A DNA stretch of 64,000 nt from Adineta vaga (GCA_021613535.1 CP075495.1:15190001-15254000); one strand, 5' to 3'. Shown: positions 38,560 through 52,180, counted from the stretch's first letter. Program-made: numbers and translations. Notes: generated by a model not told the origin, from the letters alone.

Positions 38560-39714
38560 TTATGTTAATACATCTTCTTCTAAATGTGAATTTTGTTCAG
38601 CTATTTGTTTCATATTTGAACAAATTGAACAATATTGAAGATTCTGTTCATTTGGAAAACCTGCAGTGTAATATCCACCATCGAACATTGATAAATTTAA
38701 TTGATTCCAATTATGAAAAGATGATGTATTTGTATTTGAAGTCGAATTTTTCATTTTCATTATAAATTGAATCCATGTATTTACAATTAAACATGCTCCC
38801 GAAACACAAACACCAATCCAACTTCCAACTGTTCGTGTTGGAAATGATCTATCCTTTGGTATGAATTCTATCGATTGATGTCTCTGTATGAATTCTGGAA
38901 GTAATAATTCGAGTACTTTTTTCTGATAGAGAGGCATAAATAATGTGACTAATTCAGATGGTGAAGGTTGATTTAAATTTAATTCATTGAGACAATTATT
39001 TATAATTAATTGTGATTGTTCACCGGAGATTGAAGTCATCTCTTTTAGAAATAATTGAATATTATTTATATTTTCTAGTTCTTTCATAGAAAATTTAAAT
39101 GAATCATTTGTAGAATTATTACATGCCCAACATGAATCATTCAATAAACCAGAGAACAAATTTATTTCAATATTATTCGCATATGTTGAACCAGCTAGAT
39201 AGATAATACCTAATGATTTACATAAAGAATTGACTGCATAATCAAATACTGCTACATAATCAATATTATTAAATATTACTGTACATTTCTTTGCTATATC
39301 GACTACTGTAAACCAATTGGTTACTGCATCCAAATGATAATGATAAATATTCGTTCTTAAATTATGTTGTTCTTTTAAATGTTGTGCAGCTATTTCTACT
39401 TTTGATTTACCAACATCTAATAAACTAAATAAAATTTGTCGATTTAAATTTGATGCATCGATTAAATCCCGATCAAGTAGATGTATAGTATCTACACCTA
39501 ATCTTACAAGAGACATTGCAATACTACTACCAATACCACCAACACCCAAAACAAAGACATGCTGTTGTTCAATTAAAGATTGATTAAAATTTTTCATCAC
39601 ACGTTGCCGATCAAAAACATCTCCATGTATTTCAGTTGGTGGTTGTTCATCTTCTGATACGACGTAATTCAAATTCGATTTACTTGTTGCATTTACTTCG
39701 ACTATGTTGGACAT
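38560..39714 (-). CDS. ThiF/MoeB/E1-like adenylating enzyme, intronless
   Basis: FDRQ, VFVLGVGGIGS, LLDRDLIDASNLNRQILF, DVGKSKV, and Zn pairs CWAC and CSIC; likely ATG at 39712-39714. Confidence 0.88.
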   Translation of the reverse strand: MSNIVEVNATSKSNLNYVVSEDEQPPTEIHGDVFDRQRVMKNFNQSLIEQQHVFVLGVGGIGSSIAMSLVRLGVDTIHLLDRDLIDASNLNRQILFSLLDVGKSKVEIAAQHLKEQHNLRTNIYHYHLDAVTNWFTVVDIAKKCTVIFNNIDYVAVFDYAVNSLCKSLGIIYLAGSTYANNIEINLFSGLLNDSCWACNNSTNDSFKFSMKELENINNIQLFLKEMTSISGEQSQLIINNCLNELNLNQPSPSELVTLFMPLYQKKVLELLLPEFIQRHQSIEFIPKDRSFPTRTVGSWIGVCVSGACLIVNTWIQFIMKMKNSTSNTNTSSFHNWNQLNLSMFDGGYYTAGFPNEQNLQYCSICSNMKQIAEQNSHLEEDVLT

Positions 39715-39976
39715 TATTTTTCGATTTCTATACGTCAAATTAAAAGGTGTAGAAGCGAAAGGCACGTGTTTGTTCTATGACATACAAAACCGTAACACAA
39801 TTTTGATTACCATTGAAAAAAAAATATGTGGTAGAGAAATGCGTAAGTTACAGATGAAATGTAGAAGCGTTTTCCTAGTGTTATAATTAAACTTGCTTTA
39901 TTCAATACCACTACATAAGATATATATTTTTCAAAAGACAAAAAAAAATTATCCTATAAAAAATAAAGTAAACGCA

Positions 39977-40675
39977 TTAAGCATCTGTTTCGTAGGAGAA
40001 TCTCATTGTTCCTGGAAGGAGAGAATCACGTTTTTTTGGTCTTGCTCGCATCCAAAACTGTGGTACGAAACCGAGAAAGTAGAGAAATGGTGTTGCAGCA
40101 GCAATGTATTCTGGAATACCTTGTGCAGTGATTAGCCAATAAACGAAAAACGCGATCAAGATTAAACTGCATACTAAAAACCATATTGGCCAAATTATAT
40201 TCGAATGTTGTGGGGCATTCGATCGTCGAATAAAAAGATAAATAACAATCATTGTATGAAGAAAACAATATAACGAAATAAGACCAAACATTCCGAATGC
40301 TCCTGTGAGATGTATTGAAGCTTGTTTATCAATACTAAAACTTGCCATAAGAAGCATAAAAATACAAGCGAGTAAAGCGAAAGCATGAACGATCGATATA
40401 ATAACTCGATGAATAATATATTGTGTTTGAAAAAGAAATTGAAGTCTACCAAGAACAATGATCAATAATTGGGGTGATAATAATGCAAATCCGGTAACAA
40501 AGTAATAATATGCTTCACCTGTACCAAGTTGAGAGATTTGAGGAAATTTTTCTTCTTTTGGTGCATTATTGGGAACATGGATGCAAATGATCAATGTTGC
40601 AACAAATGTGAGTATAGCAGTGAATGGTAAAATGGTTAGAGACCAAAACCAAATTAACGGTCCAATTCTTGCCAT
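39977..40675 (-). CDS. Frag1/DRAM/Sfk1 (TMEM150-like) membrane protein
   Basis: Six TM segments, FPQISQLG..YYYF and ASF......IHLTGAFGMF. Confidence 0.75.
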   Translation of the reverse strand: MARIGPLIWFWSLTILPFTAILTFVATLIICIHVPNNAPKEEKFPQISQLGTGEAYYYFVTGFALLSPQLLIIVLGRLQFLFQTQYIIHRVIISIVHAFALLACIFMLLMASFSIDKQASIHLTGAFGMFGLISLYCFLHTMIVIYLFIRRSNAPQHSNIIWPIWFLVCSLILIAFFVYWLITAQGIPEYIAAATPFLYFLGFVPQFWMRARPKKRDSLLPGTMRFSYETDA

Positions 40676-41098
40676 TCTTTTTAAAAAAATTGTCTTTTTT
40701 TTTGTTAAATGGTTTCTTTTATGATGAGTACGTGTTGTTGTTCGTATTTGCTTATTTATACAACAGAACGAAAATGATAATGTAATGATGTCATGTTTAT
40801 TTTGTTTTCCTTATCATTTTACCTAATTGAAATAACGAAAAAATTCATGACAGATATATGACTAGTTGCAGAATTCTTTGTCATAGAATAGGTTTAAATA
40901 ATCGTGTAATTCTTTTTTCGAGAATATATATATAACATTCATATATAGGTTAGTATACTTCATCCTCTCATGAGAGCGTGTGAATGTGAATATATGAAAT
41001 TTGGTCGCTACTAAAATTAGCCGTACGCAGATGATCAAATTACGATAATATGATTAAATCAAAACAAAACTTCAATGTCTCATAAATATGACGTTGAC

Positions 41099-41830
41099 TT
41101 AGTGTGTTAGTTCATCCGACCATATAGATAAAATTGCAAGAAAAATGATCAATACTAAAGCACAAAATGTCAGAAGAAAGAAGAAAAGTCGATTCGAGGA
41201 ATTTGATTTTTGAAATACCGAAAACAAAAGTTCTTCTACAAATATATTAATAATTCAGTTGTACTTGATTCCTCGATGTATTTCTTAATACTCTTTTGAA
41301 CTTTGATATCATTTATTGATAATAAACTACATACTATTCGAAAAGGACATGATACTTATTCAATATCACCGCCTCCTACTAACAAATGTAAATTCTCCAA
41401 ATTTGAAAAAGAGTTCTTTGAAAAAAATGTTTGAAATGGCTATAAAAATCATCTTTAATTCCACCGAAAATAAGTTTTAAAATCTGTAATGGATGCCCAT
41501 TAAAAAACATTTCTGTGTGATCTAGATGAGAAAACGGTTTGCTCTCATAATCACCGGTTAACAAAAGAAATTTGCATCCCGATAATCCATATGATCCAAT
41601 GGTTGACGGAGCAAAACGAAGAGCACTTTCCATCTTTATGCAATTCACGAACAATTCTGAAACAAAGTCGAAAGAAATTATAATAGTCAAACCTAATTTT
41701 AGATGAAATAAATTTACCATCAGCATTAGGCAGATCTTGTAAATATTGAAATTGACTTGGTAAAGGATCAACTGGCATTTCTTCATACAGATTAAAATGT
41801 CTTCCTTTACTAAACGATTCAGAATTTTGT
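41099..41830 (-). pseudogene. Decayed gene with a CheD/CNF1-like G-L-S-G-C...H motif and a hydrophobic stretch at the 3' end
   Basis: After an intron (gatg|gtaaat..tttcag|) the frame reads ELFVNCIKMESALRFAPSTIGSYGLSGCKFLLLTGDYESKPFSHLDH; after a frameshift it reads NLENLHLLVGGGD. In-frame stops follow; no start exon was identified. Confidence 0.4.
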
Positions 41831-42677
41831 GATGCATCTGTTGGTATTTTGACTTTTTACGATTAATTGTTTGTGCTTCGAAAAACACAACTTCGAGAAA
41901 ATATTTTCGATCAAAAGAGTCGCATTTTCTAGTGCCAACTGTCTCAAAACTTGGTTTTTGCGAGAAATACTCTTTTTAAGAGAATACTTTCTATTTCGTA
42001 AAGTTACACATTATAGGATCATAGTTTCATCGATTCCAAAATCCCATCGCATACTACTTTTATCCAAATCCTTCCGATTCTGAAATAGAATGACTGCTTC
42101 TTTTTCAAATCAGTTGATGCAGAATTTCAAGCTCTACAATTTTTTAGCTGATGATGAGACTAGGATTTTTTTGTCTGACACAAAAAGCATTAAAAATTGA
42201 ACTATTATGTCTTTTTTTACAAGAGTTACAATATGGTGGTTGAATAATAAATGAAAAACATTTTAAAAAGAAAATTAACACTTTAGTCCATAGAATCCTA
42301 AGTGAACTATGTATTTATGGTAATCATTATCTTTACAGACAAATACGATTTATGAAAAGAACGTGTCGATTAAATGCCCACAACACTCTGTATTTTCTCA
42401 TCTAATCTAACTTAAAAAAACAACCCATCCAAAAGTTGCTGTTCGTCATAATATTTTCTGACAGAGAGTTAAGTCTATCAAGGAGAACGACTAATATAGT
42501 TAAAGTGATGAAGAAAATAGCAACAACAAAATATTTTCATGGAACGAGTTTCAAATAACTGTGTAATTCTTCTTTAAAAATATGTATAATAATCAAGTAG
42601 TTCAATGTATTTTTTTCTCGCGAATATCAAATAGAACAAAAAGACTATTCATCATAAAAATAGAGACTTGTTGTTGA

Positions 42678-44467
42678 TTATGGTTCATCATCCAAGAGCA
42701 TATACTCGACCGTTTCATTGCTAGATGCTGAGATTGTTTCACCGTTTAGTTTTCCTAGAAATAAAAGAAATATAAAATTTTTTATGAAAAATCAATGAAT
42801 AGAATCATTTACTATTTCCTTCAATCTGTTGATTGAAACAAACAATGGAATTTTGTATTTCACATTTTGTTCCAATTGTTGAACGAGAACACAAGATTGA
42901 ATTTTGCAAAGTAACTCTACAAAAATCGAAATTAAAATCACGAAATGTAATTCTACTTTTCAATTTACCCTTCTTTAACATTAACATTATCTAAAAGTAC
43001 ACAATTAGTGATTTTACATTTATCTTCAATTCGACAATTTTTTCCAATCATTGTTCGTCTTATTGTTGTTTTCTTTCCTATGTCATATCCATCACCAACA
43101 ACACAATCTGTACCGATCTATAAACAAAAAAGAATCAATTTTTTTTCGATGTGAAATTAGTAATATTTTACTTGAATCTGTTCAAGTCGATCTTTAAATG
43201 TAATATCCTCATTTGTGTATGATGAAATTAATAATGAAGCCTTTCAAAGAAAAGAATTAGAATAGATTGAAATATTTTGTCAATAAAATTACTTGTCGAT
43301 TAGCTTCAAGATATGCCAAAACATGTTTAACACGAAATAATTGTGTATCATTAGTATGATAATAACAACCACCTCGAATTTGTTTATCATCGCAATCATA
43401 TTGTTCCAATATTCTTGTTAAATCTCCATGATCATCCATATCCATTGCTATACGATATCAAGTAATTTATATATCGAGGTGAAAAAAGAAAAGAAATCAA
43501 CGTACTTTTCTGTCGCATCATCATTAGTTTGCTATTATTTCCCTGTGCAATCAGATCTTCAAGTGGTTTATCAGTTGCAATTTGTTGAATTAATTTTGGA
43601 AGAAATTCTTTTCGAAATGATGAAAATGAAGAACGATTAGCAATATCTAAACATGATTTTTTGATTAAATAAAAATGAGCATCAACTAAATCTGTTCGAA
43701 TAGTCGTTCGCGGATATCTAAAGAGCATATAGAAAATATATCCAAGAGTTTTAACGGATGATTTTCTTACTTGACAAGAATGGCTTGTCTTAATGAGAAA
43801 GATTCATCTAAATCAGCTTTTAATCGAATAGATGTAATGCTATTCGTTGATTGATCGACTGTATAATATTCTGGTTCTAAAAATAGAACATCAAGAATAT
43901 CATTATGTTAAAATAGAACGAAATTATCATACCTGGTGTAAATTTTGTTTTTTGTCCAGGTTGAGCAACTGCTTCTTTTCCAGTTGCTGATGTTGTTGTT
44001 TTAAGTAACAGCATACATAGTGATGCATCTCTTACTCGAAACATATTAATCAATGGTGTTAAATTCACTTTACCAAAAAGATCACATGTTAATAAACAAA
44101 TTGACTCGGTTCGTATACGAGAATAACATGAACGAAGAACATCTAGTGTTCCCAATTCATCTTGTACTTGTTGTTGATCATCACCACCACCACCACCAGT
44201 ACTTGTTGATTCATGATGTTGACGATAAATAACTATTTCATAAGTTATATTTAATGTTGAAAGATAATCATCAAAAGCTTGTCGATATTGTCCAGATGTT
44301 AAAACTAATAATGGTGACGAAGCAAGTGATGGATGTGATTGAATAATTTGAAGTGTATACCAAATTAATGGACGATTAGCAACAGGTAATAGAGCTTTTG
44401 GAAGAGATGAATCTGTGATGACACGATTATGTCCACCAGCATATAATACTATTGTAAATTCTTTCAT
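42678..44467 (-). CDS. EIF2B3: Translation initiation factor eIF2B subunit gamma
   Basis: VLYAGG..LPKALLPVANRPLIWY nucleotidyltransferase-like domain, LLTCDL, TDLVDAHFYLIKK, and a C-terminal left-handed beta-helix (IGKNCRIEDKCKITNCVLLDNVNV). Confidence 0.88.
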
Positions 44468-46032
44468 TGTTTTTTTTTCTATTAAAATAATCTTTAAGAG
44501 ATAATATAACTAATTTATTTTATGAAGAAATCCTTAGAGAAATGATGAAAACTGTTTATAAAATGATTTTGATTTTATTTATATGATTATAACATTTTTA
44601 CATGTAATAAATGATGCAATATTACATCAGATATTGATTTGATATGTCAGAGAAACATCCATACAACAATTGTTATTGTTCTGTAGTATTCATGTACAAA
44701 AAAAGGTACTATTGGAATAATCATCTGAAAGCAAAATCAATATATTGTTTTTTAATATTTCTGAACTGGATGAACAAATAAAAACTTCTATTTGAAAGCT
44801 AAAATGTTGTTTTTATATGGTTTTAACCTTTTCTAAAAATGCATTTGTTGAACAATTCAACAGTAATTGTATATGAGAATGTCTGGCGAAGAGAATTCAA
44901 TGAATATTTCTTAAAAATAAAGAAAAATCGTGATTCCAGTAGTCAATGAATGGATTAATAAAACTCTGAACATGACTCACTGTTATATTAATTGGATGAA
45001 TATATATTATCCATGTAATAAATTTTTCTTCGATTTTCTCAATATTATTTATCATTTTCACCATAATTGTTTTGCCTTTTGTTTTGAAGAATCATAAAGA
45101 TGTCGCTATTAGATAGTTCACACAAAACTCGTATCATCGTTTAAATTCCGAGTTTGTTGTGATTTTAAAGTGACTACACTAGTATTTCAACATGAAAACG
45201 TATTCAATATAATCTAAGAATACTATTCATTCGTTTATTTCGCTGTGTTTCGATTTACATTCGAATATAAATAAGTTAGTTATTCTATTCCGACAGTAAT
45301 TGGTCAGAAAAATTCTATTTAAATGATTTTAAATTAATTATTTAAAAATATTGTTCTTATATCTATTCGATCAATTTTCATGTTTTCTAGTATGAATTTA
45401 TCGTACAATTCTTTCTAATAGAATGAGTTTATGACAAGATCCAGCTCATTAATGAGAACTCAAGTAGAAATATAGATCAAAATATATTTAATTGAAGAGT
45501 ATGTTAGAACTGTTATGGCCTATAATATTCATTGAACTATCTGTTTTTCGTACTGAACGAAAAGCGACCATTCATAATATAGAAAGGCTTTTCAATCGAA
45601 TTTTCGACAATGTAAAGATATAGATAAACATATAACTATAACGAAGAAAGAAATTCAATTAACACTAAAAATAAAGCTAACGATTTGATTTTTCTTTTTG
45701 TCTTATCTAGATATATTCATGCCTTCTCGTTTAGTCAATGTTTCAGTTGGAAAAGCATCAATTAATTGATACTGCTTTAACAGCATACATACATGCTTCA
45801 TATAGATCCATATATATTTGATTTAGAACATAAGAAAATGGAACATGAAGTTCAAACTACTATTAAAAAATCGATTTTTATATGTTTAATCAATCCAGAT
45901 CGACCAATCCGATCGGATTCGTCGATCTGAGAATATTACTGATGGTCTCTGAATTGGTTGAATATTTATTAATGGGTCTATGGTTTTTGTCATTTTAATT
46001 ATTTGTTTTCTGAAAATTTCAAAAAACAAACA

Positions 46033-46968
46033 TCCAGGTCAAACAATCCGGTCCAGAACCGTCTAGTTCCAGGACCTTCCGGAGATTTAATGGAAGCAGT
46101 ATTCTAATGACTAAATCCTGTCATCGGATTTATCCCGTTTTATTCGGAATCGACAAGAACAATTCCTCTTTTAAAAACATTTTTATCTTAGGTGGTTTGA
46201 ATAATAAGTTGTATAAAGCATTTAATGATGAACTGAATCGGATAAAAAACAATTATGCTGCAATTACACCAATAATTAGTGGATTGGATATTAATCAATT
46301 ACACGATTTTCTAAAATGTATTGAATATTGTAATAAAATCATGAATCTATATCATCCTGATATTGACGAAATCAAATGATTGATATTTAGTACTGATCTC
46401 ATTATAGTTTCCGATCAAACGATAACACCATCAGTATTTTTCTTATGTCAATATTATGATTATGAAGTTAACTTACATGGTGGTGTTAGAAAAATAAAAC
46501 CGCTAATATTATATATGTACAATTTTAACAGGCAATTGTGGAATATTATCGGTATGGGATTATCGACTTTGGAATCAAATTATATGAATCGAACTTTACA
46601 TGAATTCAATCATAACTTTTTATCAGGCGATGATCTAGACAAGACAAAAGATGTATTAATGAATTATATCTCAAAGATTAAATATTGATTCTTCATCATA
46701 TTCCAGAACGATGATTCCTGAAGCAGTATTCCATGATTTTCCAGCTAAAGGCTTCAAGAAACGCCCCGGTTCTGGTCGAAGCCCTCAGAAAAATGTCAGG
46801 AAATAGACGCAGGAATCCGGTGATCGTATTCGATTGCCGATTATGCCAGGTTCCTGTCACTTTCGACTGGAGCCAGATAAAATTCTGCCAAAGGATCCAT
46901 TCACGGGATTACTGCTTCCATGAAAACTTCAAAACCGACCGTTTCCGCGCCGGATTGTCCAACCTGGA
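46033..46968. mobile_element. Non-autonomous element with imperfect terminal inverted repeats enclosing a coding-like segment
   Basis: Left end tccaggtcaaacaatccgg...atggaagcagtattc; right end reverse complement tccaggttggacaatccgg...atggaagcagtaatc; an internal gaagcagtattcc copy lies at ~46720. Confidence 0.65.
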
Positions 46969-47225
46969 ATATTAAATAACTTTCATACTTTTTTCATATG
47001 ATTATTAACTTGTGATTGAATGTATTTTCTTTGTATATGTGCAATCATGATATTTTTTTATTATTAATACAATTAAGAACACAGTTGAATACCTTTTCAT
47101 TCAGAAATATAAACAGATTTTGTGAACCCGATTGTATGTATTAATCTTGTATTTTGAACAATATCAGTTGACGCCATACTATTTTAATGAATTTTATTGG
47201 TTATGTAGTTGTATCTATACGAAAT

Positions 47226-47372
47226 ATGGAAACAAGAATTGACTTAAATTTAGAACAAAAGGTTAATTTAATGAAGGACAATGAACAAGGAATGTCCTAT
47301 CGACAGTTGAAAGATAAATTTAATGTATCATAGTTGGCAGTATATCAAATATTCTTAAAAGAAAAAATGAAA
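47226..47372 (+). mobile_element. Pogo/Tigger transposase N-terminal (psq-type HTH) remnant
   Basis: METRIDLNLEQKVNLMKDNEQGMSYRQLKDKFNVS, then a frameshift to VGSISNILKRKNE; the rest is absent. Confidence 0.7.
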
Positions 47373-47976
47373 CAAAAAAGTATTGATGAGTATCTTATGA
47401 TAAATTCCATAAAAATACGTTTTTTAATTATTCGTTTCAAAATAAAGATGAATCGATGAATAATGATGTTTTCCTCTTGGTATGAAATTGATGATAAATA
47501 GAGTTTACTGTGTCATATAAACGTTAAGCATAGAATCTTTCACATACTATAAAACTGGACTTGGATTCCACACCTCTTTCGATCATCCTTAGTATTACGT
47601 TTATAACATCTGTAGTATATAGATCTTTTCATGACTGCTTGATTTTATAATCATTCGTTCTCAATTTCACATACTTGTTCACTTGAGTTTTGTGTTGGAG
47701 TTGAAGTCAAAATCGTCATTCTATTGGAATTCTTAACGCTGCTTTTTGTAATGTCAATACATCGAATTTCATTCATATATTTTTTCGCTTGTTTTCGTCT
47801 CTACTTTATTGAAAATAGTCACAGATCGATAGATATTCATGTTTGTTTATATTCTGAGAAGGACGCATATCTACACTCGTGGTAATAGTAATGATGAGCG
47901 TTATGCATGATCGAATCATCAAATACATCATTGCCGATCAGTAAATAAACATATTTGGTTCTAATTATTCGACAAC

Positions 47977-49705
47977 ATGGACGCATCGGAGCCTACTCGT
48001 TGGCATCGTTTTTTTTCACCTAATCGCGTGAAACTGAACTTGTTTCATTTATCAGCCATTATATGTCTACAAGTACTTTGCTATAGTGTTATTTTATCTA
48101 TAGACACGTATATTAGTTCACTATCAAATACAAATAGTAGTGGACTATATGATCAAATAGGAAACAAAAGTAATAATGAAACTTGTCCTCAAATCGACAA
48201 TGAAACTTCAACACACGAACTAAATTCGCAGTCGAATCAAACTGTTGCTTATGAAAGAAATATCGCTAATAGTATTCCATCGGTTATTATGATTTATGCA
48301 CTTGGTATATTGATGCCATTTGTTGGCAAACGATTTGTACTTCTGTCATGCATGTTAGGTATTGGTATACAATTGTTAATTGCACTGGCAATTCTGTATC
48401 TGAATCTAAGCGTTTATTGGTGGTATATGAGCGGCTTCCTGTTAGGTTTATTTGGCGGTGCTAGTATTATAGGTAAGTGTAATTGACTCATTATCACACA
48501 CTAACGAAATGAGTTTTCTATTTTTTCCCCTTAGATTTTGTTACTTATTTGATTATTGTCGACATTACGACTGAGAATAATCGTTCCTTGTGGTTTGTTC
48601 GTTTTTATGCTTTAAGAAAAGGACTAGAAGCATTGATCACCTTCTTTATTAATTGGTTTGTTCAATTTCATGGTTATATTGCATTATTTTGGTGTGGTTT
48701 CATTTTACATTCGATTGCGATTGTTGTTATTTGGCTATATTTCGATTTGTCTCTTTATAATCATACGAATCTAAGTGGACATCATCAAGTTAGTTTAAAT
48801 TTTGATATAATCACAATTTTCTATGGGAATCGTCGTTCGACTGCACAAAAGATTACTGTTTTATTCACTATTATTGCTTATTGCTTTTATTCTTTGCTAC
48901 ATTCGATGTCGTCGGCATTTTATCTCGCACTGGCCAATTATCCTGTGTGCTGGTCAGAAATGTTAATTAATATCTATAAATTAGTCAACGGCATTAGTCT
49001 AGCGATTTTTAGTGTTCTCGGATATCATCTGTTGGCTCTATTAACGAAATATAATGATGAACTAGTTTGTGCTATTAGCCATGCTTTTCTTTCTATCTCA
49101 TCTCTTTGGATGGCATTTGCACAACATCATTGGCAAGTGTTTACCAATAGTGCATGGTATACTTTAGCGAATTATCAAAATCCATTGACTTTATCAATAT
49201 TAGCAGCATGGTTAAAACCACATGAAATCAATATAGCATTCATATTTATTATCGTTATTAATCAACTGATTACTTCATTTGGTGATCTATTTTTCAATTG
49301 GATCTATACGAGTTCTTCTAATCAACACAAAAATATAATGTTATTTGTACGTAGTGGATTATGTCTCATTCCATTGATTCTTAACATGTAAGTAGAATTA
49401 TTTGTGAATATACAAAAGAAAATGTTTCAATCTCTTAATACAGCTGCATTTACATTGTCAAACGTCGTATGCTAGAACGATCATCAGTTATAATTGATGA
49501 AAGAACTTCTTTATTAGCAAATGCCAACGAGAATAATAATTCATCTGATTCTAATACTTTGAATAATCATGATGATTTACCAATTTCTGTTACATTGTTC
49601 CAAATTGGAAACCTTACTCTAACTGTTAATATCACATCAACATCAAAAGCTAATAGTCAACAAACAAGTGAAGTTGAAACAAATCAAAATGCAATCAGCA
49701 CTTGA
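47977..49705 (+). CDS. SLC46 (PCFT-like) MFS transporter, 3 exons
   Basis: VGKRFVLL, IVDITTENNRSLWF and YPVCWS motifs; multiple TM segments; introns ~48473-48534 and ~49389-49443; DERTSLL dileucine-type motif in the tail. Confidence 0.72.
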
Positions 49706-49919
49706 TCTGTTGTTTAAAATGTTAATTATGTATATACGATTGAAATAAAACTTCGAAATTAAGAATTTAAAAGCAAAGGAAATGTTTTATTTTTATTTTA
49801 GAAGAAATCATCAAATAATCTTTTGTTGTTAAAATCTTTGTTCTAAACTTTGACATAAAACTGAATACACGAACACACAGGGAAAAAAACTACTAGTTGT
49901 GTTTATCTTTGGAATCTTG

Positions 49920-51288
49920 TTAAAGGAAGAATGGAATGATCGCTTTGCGTTGTTTAGGATATTTTTCGGCAAATTCTTTTTTATATGCACGATGTTTTCC
50001 TTGTGCCCAAATTGTCATTTGTACTGCTCCAGCAATAGTAAATAAAACTGCAGTTAATGTTTGTGTCATCAATGAAAAACCTAACCATGAACCAATTTCA
50101 TAGGTATAATTTGGACATGAAACAAAATGAAATAATTTTGTGAATGGATTTGTTGTATTTGGATATGGAATACGACGTTCAGTTGTACCAGGTGGACGAA
50201 GATCACGAAGAAGTAAATGAATTGATAAATTACCAAGTTCATTGAGCTAAAATCAATAGTTATTTATATTTATATTAGAAAAGAAACAAACTTACAAGAA
50301 AAATAGCTAAACCTAAATAAATCTGAGCAATACCAAATGATGGTGGTGTATATTTAGGATGATTAACAAAATATGAAACCATAGCAGTAAATCCCCAATA
50401 ATAACTACAATTCTAATCAAGATAAGAAGATAAAATATTGATTTCATTAGAAGAATGAAAATAACTACTTTGAAAAGATTAAGTATGGGCATTGTTGAAT
50501 GCGAAAATCGATGAACGAAAATTGTTTCTAAAATACGTTTAGCATAATGAAATGTCCAACAAGCTGCACCCAAACTAAAAGTTTTCATTCAATCGAAAGA
50601 AATAGAAAAGTAAAAAAAAACAATGTTACTAACTGAGCAGCTAAATGTATTGGTTTCGAACTTGCTGATGAACCATAAATAATACTTGGTCGAATATAAA
50701 ATAATAAATAGATAAACAATGGACCAGCATATTCAGCCATAAAAACCTAATAATCAGAAACATTCGTTTACATCAACGAATTGTTCTTTTTGAAAGGAAT
50801 ATTTACTGTACTCCAACCAATTTGTGGTCCTAAATCTTTGAAATAGATTTTACCAGTTTTATCGACATTTAATTCAGAAAGTTTTTGTGAATCTTTCACC
50901 GATTTTCCAGCTAAGAAAATATAATTCAGAATTCACTATTGAAAAATAACGCATTTTATCTTCTTACTAGCTTCAGTTCGATATGATTGACGGTCAGGAT
51001 AAAGTTTTGGTTCTATAAGGAAATTTTTGTTTAAGAAAATTCATTGATAAGAAAATTTACTTTGTTGAGCAACTTGGGTTTTTAATTCAGCAATTGTTGC
51101 ATTGCCTGAAATCTTTTAACGAAAATTTTTCAGTTTAATTTTCTCTTCTTTAAAGAAAATAACGTACATTTTCAATGGTTGTCACTACACCATTTCCACG
51201 TGCTTTGAGGACTTCGAGCTAGACAAAAATATTAGTAGAAAATAAAAGGAATATTTATATGAAAATATGATTAATACTCGAAAACCAT
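49920..51288 (-). CDS. TECR: Very-long-chain trans-2,3-enoyl-CoA reductase
   Basis: [80 protein letters not shown] and RKAIIPF. Confidence 0.95.
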
Positions 51289-52180
51289 TGCTTGAAGATT
51301 TTGAAGACATTTTTCTATCTTTGCAAATAGCAAAACTATGAAATTCCAAACAAATGAATAAGTTTCAATTCAAATCTCTAGAACTAGAAAAATGACTCAT
51401 TATTTGCAACTTTTTAATAAATATCTTCGATATATTTTGTGAAGTTGTTTTCTATATCTTTTTATAATTTTCTTAATTATATTTTCTTGTTGAGATATGA
51501 TTTTGTTATGATTGATTTTCATCAATTGAAAAAGATGTCACTAGTATCTGGTATTCATTCATTGCATTTCGTCAGATACATAATCGTATTAAATCAATAA
51601 AGCTTGATATTGCATGCATATTATCAACTAAAAGCACTAATCCTTACATCATCTGGTATTTTTCTATACTTAAAATTTGTCTACTGATAAACTTCTATTG
51701 ATAATCATTACACATTCGTCGATGTGTCGGATACTTACTTTCCAGAAGCTTTCATCCTTTTACCATGTGAAATATTTTATTGATATTTATTCGCATACTT
51801 TTCCTGCTGTCTTTGTTATTTAGCTTTATGTTGTGCCGGAAATAACAATCTTAAACTGCAACAGCAATCGGGAAAGTACAATGTATTTACTTGTGAAATA
51901 GAGGAAAATACTCTCGGATTTGATGCCTATTGACAATCATTTTGCTTCAATCATTTCATAGATCAGCTACTACAACTTATAGCAAATAGCTCGTTGAAAT
52001 TGAAGTTAGTTATTCCGCTAATTTAATTATAAAATCTAGATAAATTTATTTTTCGAATATCTTGAAAATTTATTTATATGATCAAATATATAGAATATAA
52101 CATTAAGATCGAAAATATCTGAATTTCCGAGATATTTTCGAACCAGATAAACATATTATTGAACAAATGAAAAAAGTCTC

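Noticed and set aside
41840-42400. Possible non-autonomous transposon fragment replacing the 5' end of the CheD-like remnant
   Set aside because: No TIR or TSD could be identified by eye.
46377-46379. In-frame TGA as possible selenocysteine or readthrough
   Set aside because: No redox motif context or recognisable SECIS; a nonsense mutation in a captured fragment is simpler.
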